From NCBI GenBank assembly GCA_029856105.1, contig JAHQWH010000156.1, positions 1 to 25,459 of the forward strand: a DNA stretch of 25,459 bases, written 5' to 3'. Both the position numbers and the translations under genes were made by a program. The DNA comes from Promethearchaeia archaeon (GTDB lineage: Archaea; Asgardarchaeota; Lokiarchaeia; Sigyniarchaeales; SOKP01). Under the pieces are notes generated by a model, which ran no database searches, was not told where the DNA came from, and saw only the letters and a program-made list of their open reading frames with translations. Of this stretch, positions 25,436 through 25,459 are shown one piece after another (the first letter of the stretch is position 1; each line of letters starts with the position of its first letter).

Positions 25436-25459
25436 AGGTAGCAAATTAGTATATGAAAA

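Overview
AT-rich prokaryotic DNA, most likely from an Asgard archaeon (Lokiarchaeia-like). This is an inference from an unprenylated Rab-like GTPase, a TPR protein with a longin-like C-terminus, archaeal GGTG/GAGG ribosome-binding sites and C-terminally anchored surface proteins. Both flanks carry acyl-CoA metabolism genes: methylmalonyl-CoA mutase large subunit, DUF35 Zn-ribbon/OB-fold protein, thiolase-fold protein, enoyl-CoA hydratase, flavin reductase, acetoacetate-CoA ligase and a two-subunit family I CoA-transferase. A cold-shock protein and a GNAT acetyltransferase sit among them. A ~14.2 kb block of accessory-type genes lies between the thiolase and its usual partner DUF35. It holds a HEPN/MNT toxin-antitoxin-like pair, a missed small ORF, the Rab-like GTPase and TPR-longin pair, two large surface proteins, a divergent tandem-wHTH/TPR regulator and a Cys-rich V4R-like protein. 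Main signals: (1) a 21/23-identical upstream element shared by both surface-protein genes, next to tandem palindromes facing the regulator; (2) an in-frame 8-bp repeat that would rejoin thiolase and DUF35 into a coupled operon if the block were removed; (3) four genes that appear to start at ATT/ATC 6 nt after an SD motif; (4) a thiolase lacking its nucleophilic Cys; (5) an apparently perfect 288-bp intragenic tandem repeat. No rRNA, tRNA, CRISPR array, integrase or transposase was recognised. All family calls come from motif recognition by eye, not database searches.
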